Of a stretch of DNA of 43,403 bases, positions 19,592 to 28,908 are shown piece after piece. The notes beneath the pieces were generated by a model. It searched no databases. It had not been told where the DNA came from and saw only the letters and a program-made list of their open reading frames with translations. The translations under genes and the position numbers were made by a program. The stretch is from Bacteroidia bacterium (GTDB taxonomy: Bacteria > Bacteroidota > Bacteroidia > Bacteroidales > CAJPTX01): NCBI GenBank assembly GCA_905373665.1, contig CAJPTV010000002.1:1-43403 (forward strand). Reading direction: 5' to 3'. Numbering within the stretch: position 1 is the stretch's first letter; the number at the start of each line of letters is the position of its first letter.

Positions 19592-21178
19592 ATGGTCTTT
19601 CGTAAGGTCGTCCTCTTTCTTACGGCGCTGCTTGGGGTGCTGTATGCACTTGCGTTGTTGAACAATGAGGCGACGCCGCTACCGCTTGCCGAGTATTGGA
19701 TGCCGCGCCGTTCGCAGATGCCGGGCTTTTTTGTCCGCGATTCGTTGCAAGGGTTGCAACTCGACGAGGCGGCACTCGAGCACCTCGCACAGGTAGATGC
19801 CCTAGCAAAGACCTTAGACGAAGATATTGAGCAGCCTAGCTCAGCATCAGTTTTACCGTCGCAGACTGTAGCAGCGGCGACACCTGCGCGTGTTGAGGTA
19901 ACACCACAGGAAAAGGCAGCTCAGAAAAAGCCCGAGGTGGCGGAAGGGGAAACCTCCGCAGATAACAAACCCGCTACTGAGCGCAAAGCCCCCGTGCAAA
20001 AACTCGAGTTTGGCGAGGAGGGCTATCGGCAACTGCTGAACTTCTGTCACCACTTACAGGCTATTGAGACGACGGGCAGGGAGGTCAGAATTCTTCACTA
20101 CGGGGACTCTCAGATCGAAGGCGACCGGGTCTCTTCGTACCTGCGAAGCCGCCTTCAAAAAGAGTTTGGAGGGGCTGGGGTCGGTTTCGTTACGCCCGTG
20201 CCGCCTGTTTACCCGCCTTACGGTTTGGCGTTGACGCCCTCGCGGCCGTGGCATTTCTACTCCATTATGCCGGCGCACCGTCGGAAAAAGGAGCTCTCTT
20301 ACGGACTCCTTGGGAGTGTCTGCCGATTTGATACGCAGGGGGAGCAGACCGATACCTCGCGCGTCATAGCCGAGGTACGCATAAAGCGCGATTTGAAAGC
20401 AGGTCGCGGGATGCAATTCTCACAGTGTAAAGTGCTTTTCTCTAACCCCGCCTCGGCGTGCAAAATAGGGGTGTATGTCAATGACTCAACGTCCACGACT
20501 AAGACCTTTGCCGCATCGCCTCATTTGCAACAAACGGTGCTTTCGCTTCCCGCCTCGGCTAATAAGTTCGCCGTACAGTTCTCAGCCGCTGAGCCGCCGA
20601 ATATCTACGGACTGGCTTTTGATACGGGCTATGGAGTGCAAGTAGACAATGTGCCGCTGCGAGGAAGCGGGGGAACGGACTTTGGGGCGATCGCCGACAC
20701 GATGTTTATGCAGGTGGAAAAGGTCTTGTCGCCCAAGCTCGTTTTGCTCCAGTTTGGGGTGAATGTCGTCCCTTCGCAGCTTTCTAACTACAACCACTAC
20801 AGTAAGCAACTGCAGACGCAGATCGAACGCCTTAAGGAGCTCCTCCCCTCGGCTACGTTCATCCTATTGGGCGTGAGCGATATGGGGCTTAAGGAGGAGG
20901 AGAGCTTCCACTCTTACCCCAATGTCGGGCGTGTACGGACAGCACAACGCGAGGCGGCGCTGCGTGCGGGGATTGCCTTTTGGGATAGCTATGCGGCTAT
21001 GGGGGGCGCGAATGCCATCATCCGTTGGGTAAACAGTGGGCTCGCTACGAGCGACTACGTGCACTTTACCCCGCGGGGGGCACGTTTCCTAGCGGAGATG
21101 TTCTCCACGGCGTTGTTGGACTTCTATGCCAATACTGAGGAGTATGGGAAGCAGCTCATCGAAGAAAAGTTGCAGTAA
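19592..21178 (+). CDS. Membrane-anchored SGNH/GDSL-family hydrolase or acyltransferase
   Basis: N-terminal TM helix, then a low-complexity linker. SGNH blocks ILHYGDSQIEGD (I), QFGVN (III) and SDYVHFT (V). Confidence 0.75.
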   Translation: MVFRKVVLFLTALLGVLYALALLNNEATPLPLAEYWMPRRSQMPGFFVRDSLQGLQLDEAALEHLAQVDALAKTLDEDIEQPSSASVLPSQTVAAATPARVEVTPQEKAAQKKPEVAEGETSADNKPATERKAPVQKLEFGEEGYRQLLNFCHHLQAIETTGREVRILHYGDSQIEGDRVSSYLRSRLQKEFGGAGVGFVTPVPPVYPPYGLALTPSRPWHFYSIMPAHRRKKELSYGLLGSVCRFDTQGEQTDTSRVIAEVRIKRDLKAGRGMQFSQCKVLFSNPASACKIGVYVNDSTSTTKTFAASPHLQQTVLSLPASANKFAVQFSAAEPPNIYGLAFDTGYGVQVDNVPLRGSGGTDFGAIADTMFMQVEKVLSPKLVLLQFGVNVVPSQLSNYNHYSKQLQTQIERLKELLPSATFILLGVSDMGLKEEESFHSYPNVGRVRTAQREAALRAGIAFWDSYAAMGGANAIIRWVNSGLATSDYVHFTPRGARFLAEMFSTALLDFYANTEEYGKQLIEEKLQ

Positions 21179-21203
21179 CGTTGAGGTGGTAAAAGAGCTT
21201 CGG

Positions 21204-22424
21204 ATGTCGTTCGTGAAAAACGTGCAGCTTCTTCTCCTTTTGTGCTTACCGAGTCTGAGCCTCTTCGGACAGTCGCCCGAGGATGCCTCTACGTGGAACG
21301 AGAGCTACTTAGACAGCCTTGCCCTCTACTGGCCAGACAATACGATAGAGAACCCGATTGGCGCGCCCGCATGGAACCCGAAGAAAGGGAAGCGGTTGAC
21401 GATTGTCCAGCTGGGCGATTCGCATATTCAGGGTGACTTCTCCTCTTGCGCCACGCGCAACTATCTGACCGATCGATTCGGTATTGAGCTGCCCCCGCGT
21501 GGCTTTGCCTTCCCGTACGGGATGGCGCGCACCAACGAACCCTTGGACTTAAAGAGCTCGAGTGCGAACCGTAAGGGATGGACGCCGACCCTGAGCACGA
21601 AGAACCGTAATCCGCAACCCCTTGGGCTCTCCTCTTCGGCGATTGAAGCCAAGAATGTCAACTCGACGCTCCACCTTCGCTTCTTGCCCGAGCGGGGCTA
21701 TACCTCCTTGCCTAAGATTGTTTCCATCCTCTACGCCCCTTCGGAAAATGTGCCCTTGCCGCTGCTCAATGGCGAATCGCCTATCGATATTGATACGACG
21801 CGCGGGGTTGCGACCTTCCACTTTGACGAGCCGCCTGCGAAACTCAACCTGACGCTCAAGAAGAGCTCGCCCGCGGACTCTCCCTTCCGTCTCCTAGGCT
21901 TTGTCTTTGACAATGAGGCGTCGCCACTTATCTACCATGCCGCAGGGCTTAACGGGGCAGATGTCAATGCCTATCTCCGTAATACGGCGCTCCCGTTAGA
22001 GTTGGAGATCCTCAAGCCCGATATCATCATCATCTCTCTCGGCACGAACGATGCTTACAACCGAGGCTTTGACCCTCTCCTCTTTGCAAGCAACCTCCGA
22101 ATGCTGATCAGGCAACTGCAAGCCTCTTGCCCGGGGGTCTTTGTTATCTTGACAACCCCCAATGATCACCTCTTACGTACGCGGGAGGTAAACCCCCGTG
22201 TGGAGGCAGCCTCCGAGGTTATTCGCAACCTCGCCGTCGAACAAGAGGTTGGCTTGTGGGACTTTAACCGAATTATGGGGGGGACGGGGAGCATCCACTC
22301 ATGGTTTAACCACGGACTCACGGCGCACGATTGCTTGCACCTCTCGCCCCAAGGCTACCGCTTGCAGGGGAAGCTCCTCGGGGTGGCACTTTACCGTCTT
22401 TTAATCCAACAGCGTGGTAAATAG
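21204..22424 (+). CDS. Secreted SGNH/GDSL-family hydrolase or acyltransferase
   Basis: Signal peptide MSFVKNVQLLLLLCLPSLSLFGQ. SGNH blocks VQLGDSHIQGD, GLNGAD, ISLGTNDAY and HDCLHLS. ATG 21204 is preferred over 21126, which overlaps the previous gene. Confidence 0.75.
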   Translation: MSFVKNVQLLLLLCLPSLSLFGQSPEDASTWNESYLDSLALYWPDNTIENPIGAPAWNPKKGKRLTIVQLGDSHIQGDFSSCATRNYLTDRFGIELPPRGFAFPYGMARTNEPLDLKSSSANRKGWTPTLSTKNRNPQPLGLSSSAIEAKNVNSTLHLRFLPERGYTSLPKIVSILYAPSENVPLPLLNGESPIDIDTTRGVATFHFDEPPAKLNLTLKKSSPADSPFRLLGFVFDNEASPLIYHAAGLNGADVNAYLRNTALPLELEILKPDIIIISLGTNDAYNRGFDPLLFASNLRMLIRQLQASCPGVFVILTTPNDHLLRTREVNPRVEAASEVIRNLAVEQEVGLWDFNRIMGGTGSIHSWFNHGLTAHDCLHLSPQGYRLQGKLLGVALYRLLIQQRGK

Positions 22425-22426
22425 CG

Positions 22427-23941
22427 ATGTGGGAACGCATAGCCGACTTCTTTAGCTACAACAATCTTCAGCCCTTGCTTTTTACGCACGTAGAGTTTTG
22501 GCTCTTTTTCCTTGTGGTGGGGGTTGGGCTCTTGCTGATTGGCAAACGGAACGCCATCCGAGTGCCTTTCCTCTTTGCCGCGAGCCTTTTGTTCTATTAC
22601 AAGAGCTGTGGACTGTTCTTCCTTCTGATACTGCTCTCTATTCTCTTTAATTTCGCCACAGGAAGGCTCTTAAATCGCATTCAATCAAAAGGGTGGCGTA
22701 AGACTACGCTTGTCGTCTCTGTTGGGCTAAATTTAGCCCTGTTGGCGTATTTCAAGTATGCACTCTTTTTTGTGAACAGCGTTAACGCGCTAGCGGATGT
22801 ACAGCTCGAGCATACGAACCTCTTTGCGCAGTTCCTCGCGTGGCTGTTAGACAAGCCCTCGGAGGTGGGGATGGTGCTCTTGCCCGTGGGGATTAGCTTC
22901 TACACCTTCCAAGCCATCAGCTATGTTGTGGACGTGTATCGCGGGGATATTAAGCCGCTGCGAAGTATCATAGATTTCGGCTTTTACCTCTCCTTCTTTC
23001 CGCAGCTTATTGCAGGCCCTATTGTGCGAGCGTCGGAGTTTATCCCCCAAATCCAGCGCCCTTACATCCTGAGTGCGCGCGAAGCGGGACACGCCCTTTT
23101 CCTTATCCTGATTGGGCTCTTCAAGAAGATTATCTTGTCAGACTACTTGGCACTGAACCTTGTCGACCGTGTCTTTGACAACCCCGTTGCTTACTCGGGC
23201 GTGGAGAACCTCATGGCGTCGTATGGTTATACCCTCCAAATCTATTGTGACTTCTCAGGCTACACGGACATTGCGATCGGGATTGCCCTCTTGCTCGGTT
23301 ATCGTCTCGCCCTTAACTTCAATTTCCCGTATAAAGCAGCGAGTTTGACGGACTTCTGGCGACGCTGGCATATCTCCCTCTCGTCGTGGCTGCGAGACTA
23401 TCTCTATATCCCGCTCGGGGGGAGTCGGCACGGTCGCCTCGTAATGTGGATGAGCCTAACTCTTACCATGCTCCTCGGGGGCTTGTGGCACGGTGCGGAC
23501 TGGACGTTTGTCTTTTGGGGGCTAGCGCACGGCTTAGGGCTCGTGGTGAGCAAGCTCATTGACCGACTACCGCGCCCCTTCTTGGAGCAGCGGGGGGTAC
23601 GGATTGCCCGCAGGGTGCTCTGTTTTCACTATGTGGTCTTCTTGTGGATATTCTTCCGTGCCACGAACTTCGAGCACGCGATGCAGGTGCTGGGGCAAAT
23701 CGCAGGGGCGTTTGACATTCGTCATCTGTCGCAGTTTGTTACCGCCTATTGGGCAGCGTCGCTCTTGCTACTCTTGGGCTATGGGCTACACTGGATGCCC
23801 TCGCAGTGGGTAGAGCGTGCCCGTGGTAACTTTATCTCGCTCCATTGGGCATGGAAGTTTGCCCTAACGCTCGTGTTAGTGCTCATCGTTTTACGAGTAC
23901 AGACGGCGGATTTGCAACCCTTTATCTATTTTGACTTCTAG
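22427..23941 (+). CDS. MBOAT-family membrane O-acyltransferase (AlgI/PatA/DltB-like)
   Basis: Polytopic membrane protein with the conserved MBOAT His region FWRRWHISLSSWLRDYLYIPLGG. Confidence 0.9.
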   Translation: MWERIADFFSYNNLQPLLFTHVEFWLFFLVVGVGLLLIGKRNAIRVPFLFAASLLFYYKSCGLFFLLILLSILFNFATGRLLNRIQSKGWRKTTLVVSVGLNLALLAYFKYALFFVNSVNALADVQLEHTNLFAQFLAWLLDKPSEVGMVLLPVGISFYTFQAISYVVDVYRGDIKPLRSIIDFGFYLSFFPQLIAGPIVRASEFIPQIQRPYILSAREAGHALFLILIGLFKKIILSDYLALNLVDRVFDNPVAYSGVENLMASYGYTLQIYCDFSGYTDIAIGIALLLGYRLALNFNFPYKAASLTDFWRRWHISLSSWLRDYLYIPLGGSRHGRLVMWMSLTLTMLLGGLWHGADWTFVFWGLAHGLGLVVSKLIDRLPRPFLEQRGVRIARRVLCFHYVVFLWIFFRATNFEHAMQVLGQIAGAFDIRHLSQFVTAYWAASLLLLLGYGLHWMPSQWVERARGNFISLHWAWKFALTLVLVLIVLRVQTADLQPFIYFDF

Positions 23942-23986
23942 GCAATACAACAATTTTGCTACAACGAGGGTTATTACTACCAAATA

Positions 23987-24529
23987 ATGCTATTAGAAAT
24001 GAAACGCCGTTTGACTCTCGTTGTCGGACTTTTGTTCGCCTTCCTTCTTTGCGCTACTTCCTCTCTACGGGCTGCTTCGCCGCTCAAGTGGTACACCCTT
24101 GAGGAGGCTATGGAGGCTGCGAAAAAGAACCCTAAGCCCCTGTTGATAGACCTCTATACCGACTGGTGTGGGTGGTGTAAAAAGCTCGACGCTGACACCT
24201 TTGGGCACGAGGGGATTGCTAAATACATTGGCGAGAACTTCTACCCTGTGAAGTTCAATGCCGAGCAGCGCGAGACGGTTAAGTTCCTCGGTAAGGAATA
24301 TACGCCAGATGCGAAGGAGCGGACACACCCGCTTGCGATGGCGCTCACTGCTGGGCGTCTCTCTTACCCGATGCTCGTCTATATGAAGGCAGACGGACAG
24401 CTCATTACAACCGTACCAGGTTATGCAGCGCCAAAGCAGATAGAGCCTATCCTTAAGTTTATTGCGACGGGGGCTTACGAGACGAAGACGTGGGAAGAGT
24501 TCTCTAGGGACTTCAAGTCTACGCTCTAG
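23987..24529 (+). CDS. Secreted thioredoxin-fold protein
   Basis: Signal peptide and CxxC motif WCGWCK within a thioredoxin-like context (LLIDLYTDWCGWCKKLD). Confidence 0.75.
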   Translation: MLLEMKRRLTLVVGLLFAFLLCATSSLRAASPLKWYTLEEAMEAAKKNPKPLLIDLYTDWCGWCKKLDADTFGHEGIAKYIGENFYPVKFNAEQRETVKFLGKEYTPDAKERTHPLAMALTAGRLSYPMLVYMKADGQLITTVPGYAAPKQIEPILKFIATGAYETKTWEEFSRDFKSTL

Positions 24530-24561
24530 TTGCCCGCTCATCTAAAACAGAGCCGCATACC

Positions 24562-25812
24562 GTGTTATTTGAGAATTACCGATTTATCGCACCCCTTGCC
24601 GCTAATCTAAAGCGCGAGGGGTTTCGTCGTCCTACGGATATCCAGTTCCGAGCTATACGCCCAACCCTTATGGGTTCGGACTTGTTGGCTATTGCCCAAA
24701 CGGGAACGGGCAAGACGATGGCTTTTGCCATCCCGATCATTGAACGCCTCGGACGTTCGAAGTATCGCCCTGAGGAGCATACGCCGCGCGCACTCGTGCT
24801 GGTGCCGACCTACGAATTGGCACGGCAGATTGCCGAGGTCTTCCGCAAGTTAGCCGAGGGGACAGGCGTAACTGTCTTTTGTGTTACAGGAGGGGGGGCT
24901 ATTGACGACCTTGTGAGGAGTATCCCCCGCCGTCCAGACATTGTGGTGGCTACCCCTGGGCGCGTCCTAGACTTGGTGCGTAACCGTAACCTCTTGCTCC
25001 ATGGTCTGCAAATCCTTGTCTTAGACGAAGCGGATCGGATGCTGAGCCTCGGCTTTCGTCCAGACATTGATAGCCTCCTTGGGCATACGCCGCGTCGGCG
25101 ACAAACGCTCTTTTACTCAGCTACCATTTCGCCCGAGATAAAGCGCCTTGCCCATCGGCTGGTCTACAACCCTATCCGCATTGAGATTGCGCCCGAAGAC
25201 CCGATTACCCACAACGTGCGACACGCCCTCTTGGAAGTGGCGATGGATGACAAGCGGTTCTACCTCGAGCGCGTTATCCGCGAGCACCCCGAGGCGAAGA
25301 TCCTCGTCTTCGTGCGAACGAAGGTACGTGCCGAGCGCGTACAAGCCGCCATGCGGCGCGTAGAAATCGAAACTGGCGTCATCCATGGAGGATTGAGTCG
25401 AATGGAGCGACAGTGGGCTCTAAACGCGTTTTCTGACGATAGTAACCCTATCCTCATCGCCACGGATCTTTCCGCCCGCGGTTTGGACATCCCCAATATC
25501 CAGTATGTGGTGAACTACGACATGCCTACCGAGCCCGAGGTTTATGTGCATCGGATTGGGCGTACGGGGCGTGGTAATCAGCATGGTGTGGCAATCTCGT
25601 TCTGTGCCCCTGAGGAGACGAAGCTTCGTGAGGCGATAGAGAAGTTCATTGGGCAACACCTTTCTATCATTGAGCTAGACGAGGAGGAGCGCGACGCAAC
25701 GCTTGACTTCTCCCGATCCTCGGAGTCAGACTGGACGACGCTCATCCGTCGCGAACACGAACGCGAGGAAACATTTGAAGCGGCAAAGAAGCGCAAGAAA
25801 CGGAAGAAGTAA
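24562..25812 (+). CDS. DEAD-box ATP-dependent RNA helicase
   Basis: Q motif PTDIQ, motif I AQTGTGKT, motif II DEAD, SAT, motif VI HRIGRTGR, and a basic C-terminal tail. GTG start. Confidence 0.9.
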   Translation: MLFENYRFIAPLAANLKREGFRRPTDIQFRAIRPTLMGSDLLAIAQTGTGKTMAFAIPIIERLGRSKYRPEEHTPRALVLVPTYELARQIAEVFRKLAEGTGVTVFCVTGGGAIDDLVRSIPRRPDIVVATPGRVLDLVRNRNLLLHGLQILVLDEADRMLSLGFRPDIDSLLGHTPRRRQTLFYSATISPEIKRLAHRLVYNPIRIEIAPEDPITHNVRHALLEVAMDDKRFYLERVIREHPEAKILVFVRTKVRAERVQAAMRRVEIETGVIHGGLSRMERQWALNAFSDDSNPILIATDLSARGLDIPNIQYVVNYDMPTEPEVYVHRIGRTGRGNQHGVAISFCAPEETKLREAIEKFIGQHLSIIELDEEERDATLDFSRSSESDWTTLIRREHEREETFEAAKKRKKRKK

Positions 25813-25815
25813 ACC

Positions 25816-26250
25816 ATGCGTTCTGTAATCCAACGTGTGAGCTCGGCATCGGTGACTGTCGATGGGGAGTGTATTGCCTCTATTGGGCATGGGCTATTGG
25901 TGCTGGTCGCTTTTACGCATACTGACCAGCCAGCAGACCTAGACTTTTCGGTGCGAAAGATCCCCAACCTCCGTATCTTTAATGACGAGGCTGGGGTGAT
26001 GAACAAAAGCCTCGTGGACGTCGGGGGCGACCTACTCCTCGTCAGCCAATTTACCCTCTATGCGCAGTGTGCGAAAGGCAACCGCCCCTCTTACATCGAG
26101 AGTGCGCCGCGGGAGGTCGCCGAGCCCCTTTATGAGGAAATGATTGTGCGGCTGGAGTCTACCCTTGGTCGCCTCATCCAGCGCGGGCGCTTTGGAGCAG
26201 ACATGAAGGTGGCGTTGGTGAACGACGGTCCTGTGACGATCTTGTTATAA
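25816..26250 (+). CDS. dtd: D-aminoacyl-tRNA deacylase
   Basis: 144 aa, with MRSVIQRV, SQFTLYA and C-terminal NDGPVT. Confidence 0.93.
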   Translation: MRSVIQRVSSASVTVDGECIASIGHGLLVLVAFTHTDQPADLDFSVRKIPNLRIFNDEAGVMNKSLVDVGGDLLLVSQFTLYAQCAKGNRPSYIESAPREVAEPLYEEMIVRLESTLGRLIQRGRFGADMKVALVNDGPVTILL

Positions 26251-26303
26251 AGGGCGAGGGCGTTACAAGAATTGACGCTGCGCTATCACGCGCCGTACAG
26301 CCT

Positions 26304-27419
26304 CTAGGATTCTAATGCTTGTTCGATTTCCTCAATCGTAGGGAGCGACGCTTGATACCCTTCCGAGAGATTGTTGTAGAGCTCGTAAACAGAGACCCCG
26401 ATCGGGGTGATTAGGTCAGATAAAGCATACTCTGCCACCACGTCATTCTTGTCCTTACAAATCAGAAGCCCAAGGGTCGGGTTATCGCCCTCTTGACGGA
26501 GTTGGCGATCGATTGCCGTTACATAGAACTTCAGTTGCCCTACGTGTTCGGGCTTAAAGGAGACGGTCTTCAGCTCCACGACTACGTAGCAATGCAACTG
26601 CGCATTATAAAAAAGGAGGTCTAGGAAAAACTCATCACCATTGACGTCGAGACGCACATTCTTACCATAGAAACAGAAGCCCTTTCCCAACTCAAGAAGA
26701 AAGTGTATCATGTTCTCTACCAAATATGCCTGCAATTCTCGCTCATCATAATCTTTACGCAGCGTAAGAAAATCAAAGACATAAGGGTCTTTAATGAGTT
26801 GCTGTGCAAGATCCGATTGGGGTTTGGGGAGGCGTTCTTGAAAATTAGTAATGCCTTTTCCCTGACGTTCAAAAAGACGCGACGCGATTTGGTGGTTGAG
26901 CACCGAGCGACTCCAGTTATTTTCCACCGTAGAGCGGATATAAAATACTGCTTCTGGGAGGCTTTTGCAGTGCCGCATAATCATGATGTGATGCCCCCAA
27001 GGGATGGAAAAAAAGAGTCGTTCGTCGAGAAGATCGGAAAAAGTAGGAGGCTCTTGAACTACGAGAGTGGTGTGGGGGGAGCTATTACTCTCTAATTCAC
27101 CGACAACTTGTTGGCGAATTATATCCTTTTGATTATAATACAGATACCACTGTCTTATATCTCGCAAATTTGTCAACGAGAACCCCTTCATCTCAGGGAA
27201 AGCGTCGAGCAAATCTTGACTGAGTTTGGGGAGGAAGCCATCACCCCATTTCGCATCTTGTTGCTTTTTGACAATCTCTGCCCCGAGCTGCCAATAGAGT
27301 TGTAGTAGCTCGGTGTTGACGCGAATAGCCGCCTTGATTTGGGTTTGCTGAATACGCGTCTTGAGGTCTTGTAACCATGCGCGATATTCGGACTGCTGGT
27401 CGACCGTTGTTATTGCCAT
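26304..27419 (-). CDS. YhcG-like PD-(D/E)XK nuclease family protein (DUF1016)
   Basis: Helical N-terminal domain, then C-terminal FLDLLFYN...YVVVELKT (D...ExK). AT-richer than the flanking genes. Confidence 0.8.
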   Translation of the reverse strand: MAITTVDQQSEYRAWLQDLKTRIQQTQIKAAIRVNTELLQLYWQLGAEIVKKQQDAKWGDGFLPKLSQDLLDAFPEMKGFSLTNLRDIRQWYLYYNQKDIIRQQVVGELESNSSPHTTLVVQEPPTFSDLLDERLFFSIPWGHHIMIMRHCKSLPEAVFYIRSTVENNWSRSVLNHQIASRLFERQGKGITNFQERLPKPQSDLAQQLIKDPYVFDFLTLRKDYDERELQAYLVENMIHFLLELGKGFCFYGKNVRLDVNGDEFFLDLLFYNAQLHCYVVVELKTVSFKPEHVGQLKFYVTAIDRQLRQEGDNPTLGLLICKDKNDVVAEYALSDLITPIGVSVYELYNNLSEGYQASLPTIEEIEQALES

Positions 27420-27471
27420 AATCGATGTTTTTTATTGACACAGAAGTAAAAGATATGTGGGTAGGGATACT

Positions 27472-28896
27472 CTACCACACCTCCTCCATTCTTTCCCTGA
27501 TGCTTTTTCCCGTAGTCTTGTCACCAAAAAGAGCACCCTTTTCCACCCCCTGTACTTCTACCCGATAGGTAGCCGCTTGAGTTACCACCTCAAGCCGATC
27601 GCCCGTAGCAGCCATAGTGGTGGGGCGTAGTAACGCATAGCCGTTGCGGAGCACTTGACGCGGGTCGCTTGCCATGCATTCGGCTAGGGTGACCAGATAG
27701 TCCATGCGCGTCTGCTGTAGGGCGCGTTCTACGTGCGGCGTGGTCGTCTGTACGCTGTTTTGCAGCCGTTGAGGGAAGGCATCGAGGCGGTGTTGGGCGA
27801 GCAACGCCCCCTTTTCTACGAGATGTTTAAGCGCTGGCGCATATTGCCGCAGGAGGCTCTGTACCCCGAGCGCTTTCCCTTCCATTTGCAGACGAAGAGC
27901 CTGTTTTGATTGTGAAAGAAGGTGCGTCGCACGGAGTACGGCCTCTTCTTGGAGGTGCTGCAGGGTTTGAACATACTCGGCAGTATACCCCTCGAGCAAG
28001 GGGACGACGGTTTGCATTACCCGTTGCAGTGCTCCCTCGGCGCTCACAAAGATCTCTTCGAGGGCTGCTGCTACGGCGGTCGGCGTTTTCAGGGAGGTGT
28101 GCGCCACGTAGTCCACCACCGAGACGTCGCGTTCGTGCCCAATCCCTGCCACGACGGGTAGGGGGAACTGTGCTACGACGGAAGCAAGCTCGTAGTCGTC
28201 GAAACAACTCAAGTCCATTTTCCCACCCCCGCCGCGGATTATAACCACGATGTCCCACTCCGTTTCGGCATCGGCTATACGAAAGAGCGCCTCTCGGATG
28301 GAGGCAGAGGCTTTGTCCCCCTGCATGAGTGCGGGAAAGAGCGCTAGCTGAAGATGGTAACGCGCGGTAGCGGCAGCAAGCTGATGACAGAAGTCCTCAT
28401 ACCCCGCAGCCTGTGCAGCCGACACTACGGCAATGCGGTGTGGGAACTCAGGGAAGGGGAGTGCACGGTTCAGCTCCAGTACCCCGTCAGCTTCCAGTTG
28501 CGCAAGGGTCTTTTGGCGTTGGATAGCGAGCTCGCCTACGGTATATTGTGGGTCAATATCTACCACTTGCAGCCCCATCCCGTAGCGTACGGAATATTCC
28601 ACCTTTACCCGCAACAGGAGCTGCAACCCTTTACGTAGCGTGGTTTGGGTCATAGACTCGAAATAGGGGCGAATGGCACTATACTGCTTTGCCCAAATCA
28701 TGGCGCGCATGGAGGAGAGTTCTACGCGGCTTTCGGGGTCAAACTCCGTAAGTTCGAGATAGCAGTGTCCTGACGGCGCCTCGCGGATGGAGGCTATCTC
28801 TGCGACGACCCACACGGGGGTTGTAAACTGTGCAGCAATGGCATTGTGCACCCGCTCTGCGAGTTCGTGAAGGCGAAGGTAATGGGCTGGAGGCAT
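27472..28896 (-). CDS. xseA: Exodeoxyribonuclease VII large subunit
   Basis: N-terminal OB-fold region (VWVVAEI...HCYLEL), then IAVVSAAQAAGYEDF, IIRGGGG and GIGHERD motifs. Confidence 0.9.
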   Translation of the reverse strand: MPPAHYLRLHELAERVHNAIAAQFTTPVWVVAEIASIREAPSGHCYLELTEFDPESRVELSSMRAMIWAKQYSAIRPYFESMTQTTLRKGLQLLLRVKVEYSVRYGMGLQVVDIDPQYTVGELAIQRQKTLAQLEADGVLELNRALPFPEFPHRIAVVSAAQAAGYEDFCHQLAAATARYHLQLALFPALMQGDKASASIREALFRIADAETEWDIVVIIRGGGGKMDLSCFDDYELASVVAQFPLPVVAGIGHERDVSVVDYVAHTSLKTPTAVAAALEEIFVSAEGALQRVMQTVVPLLEGYTAEYVQTLQHLQEEAVLRATHLLSQSKQALRLQMEGKALGVQSLLRQYAPALKHLVEKGALLAQHRLDAFPQRLQNSVQTTTPHVERALQQTRMDYLVTLAECMASDPRQVLRNGYALLRPTTMAATGDRLEVVTQAATYRVEVQGVEKGALFGDKTTGKSIRERMEEVW

Positions 28897-28908
28897 GGGA
28901 CTGGGAAT

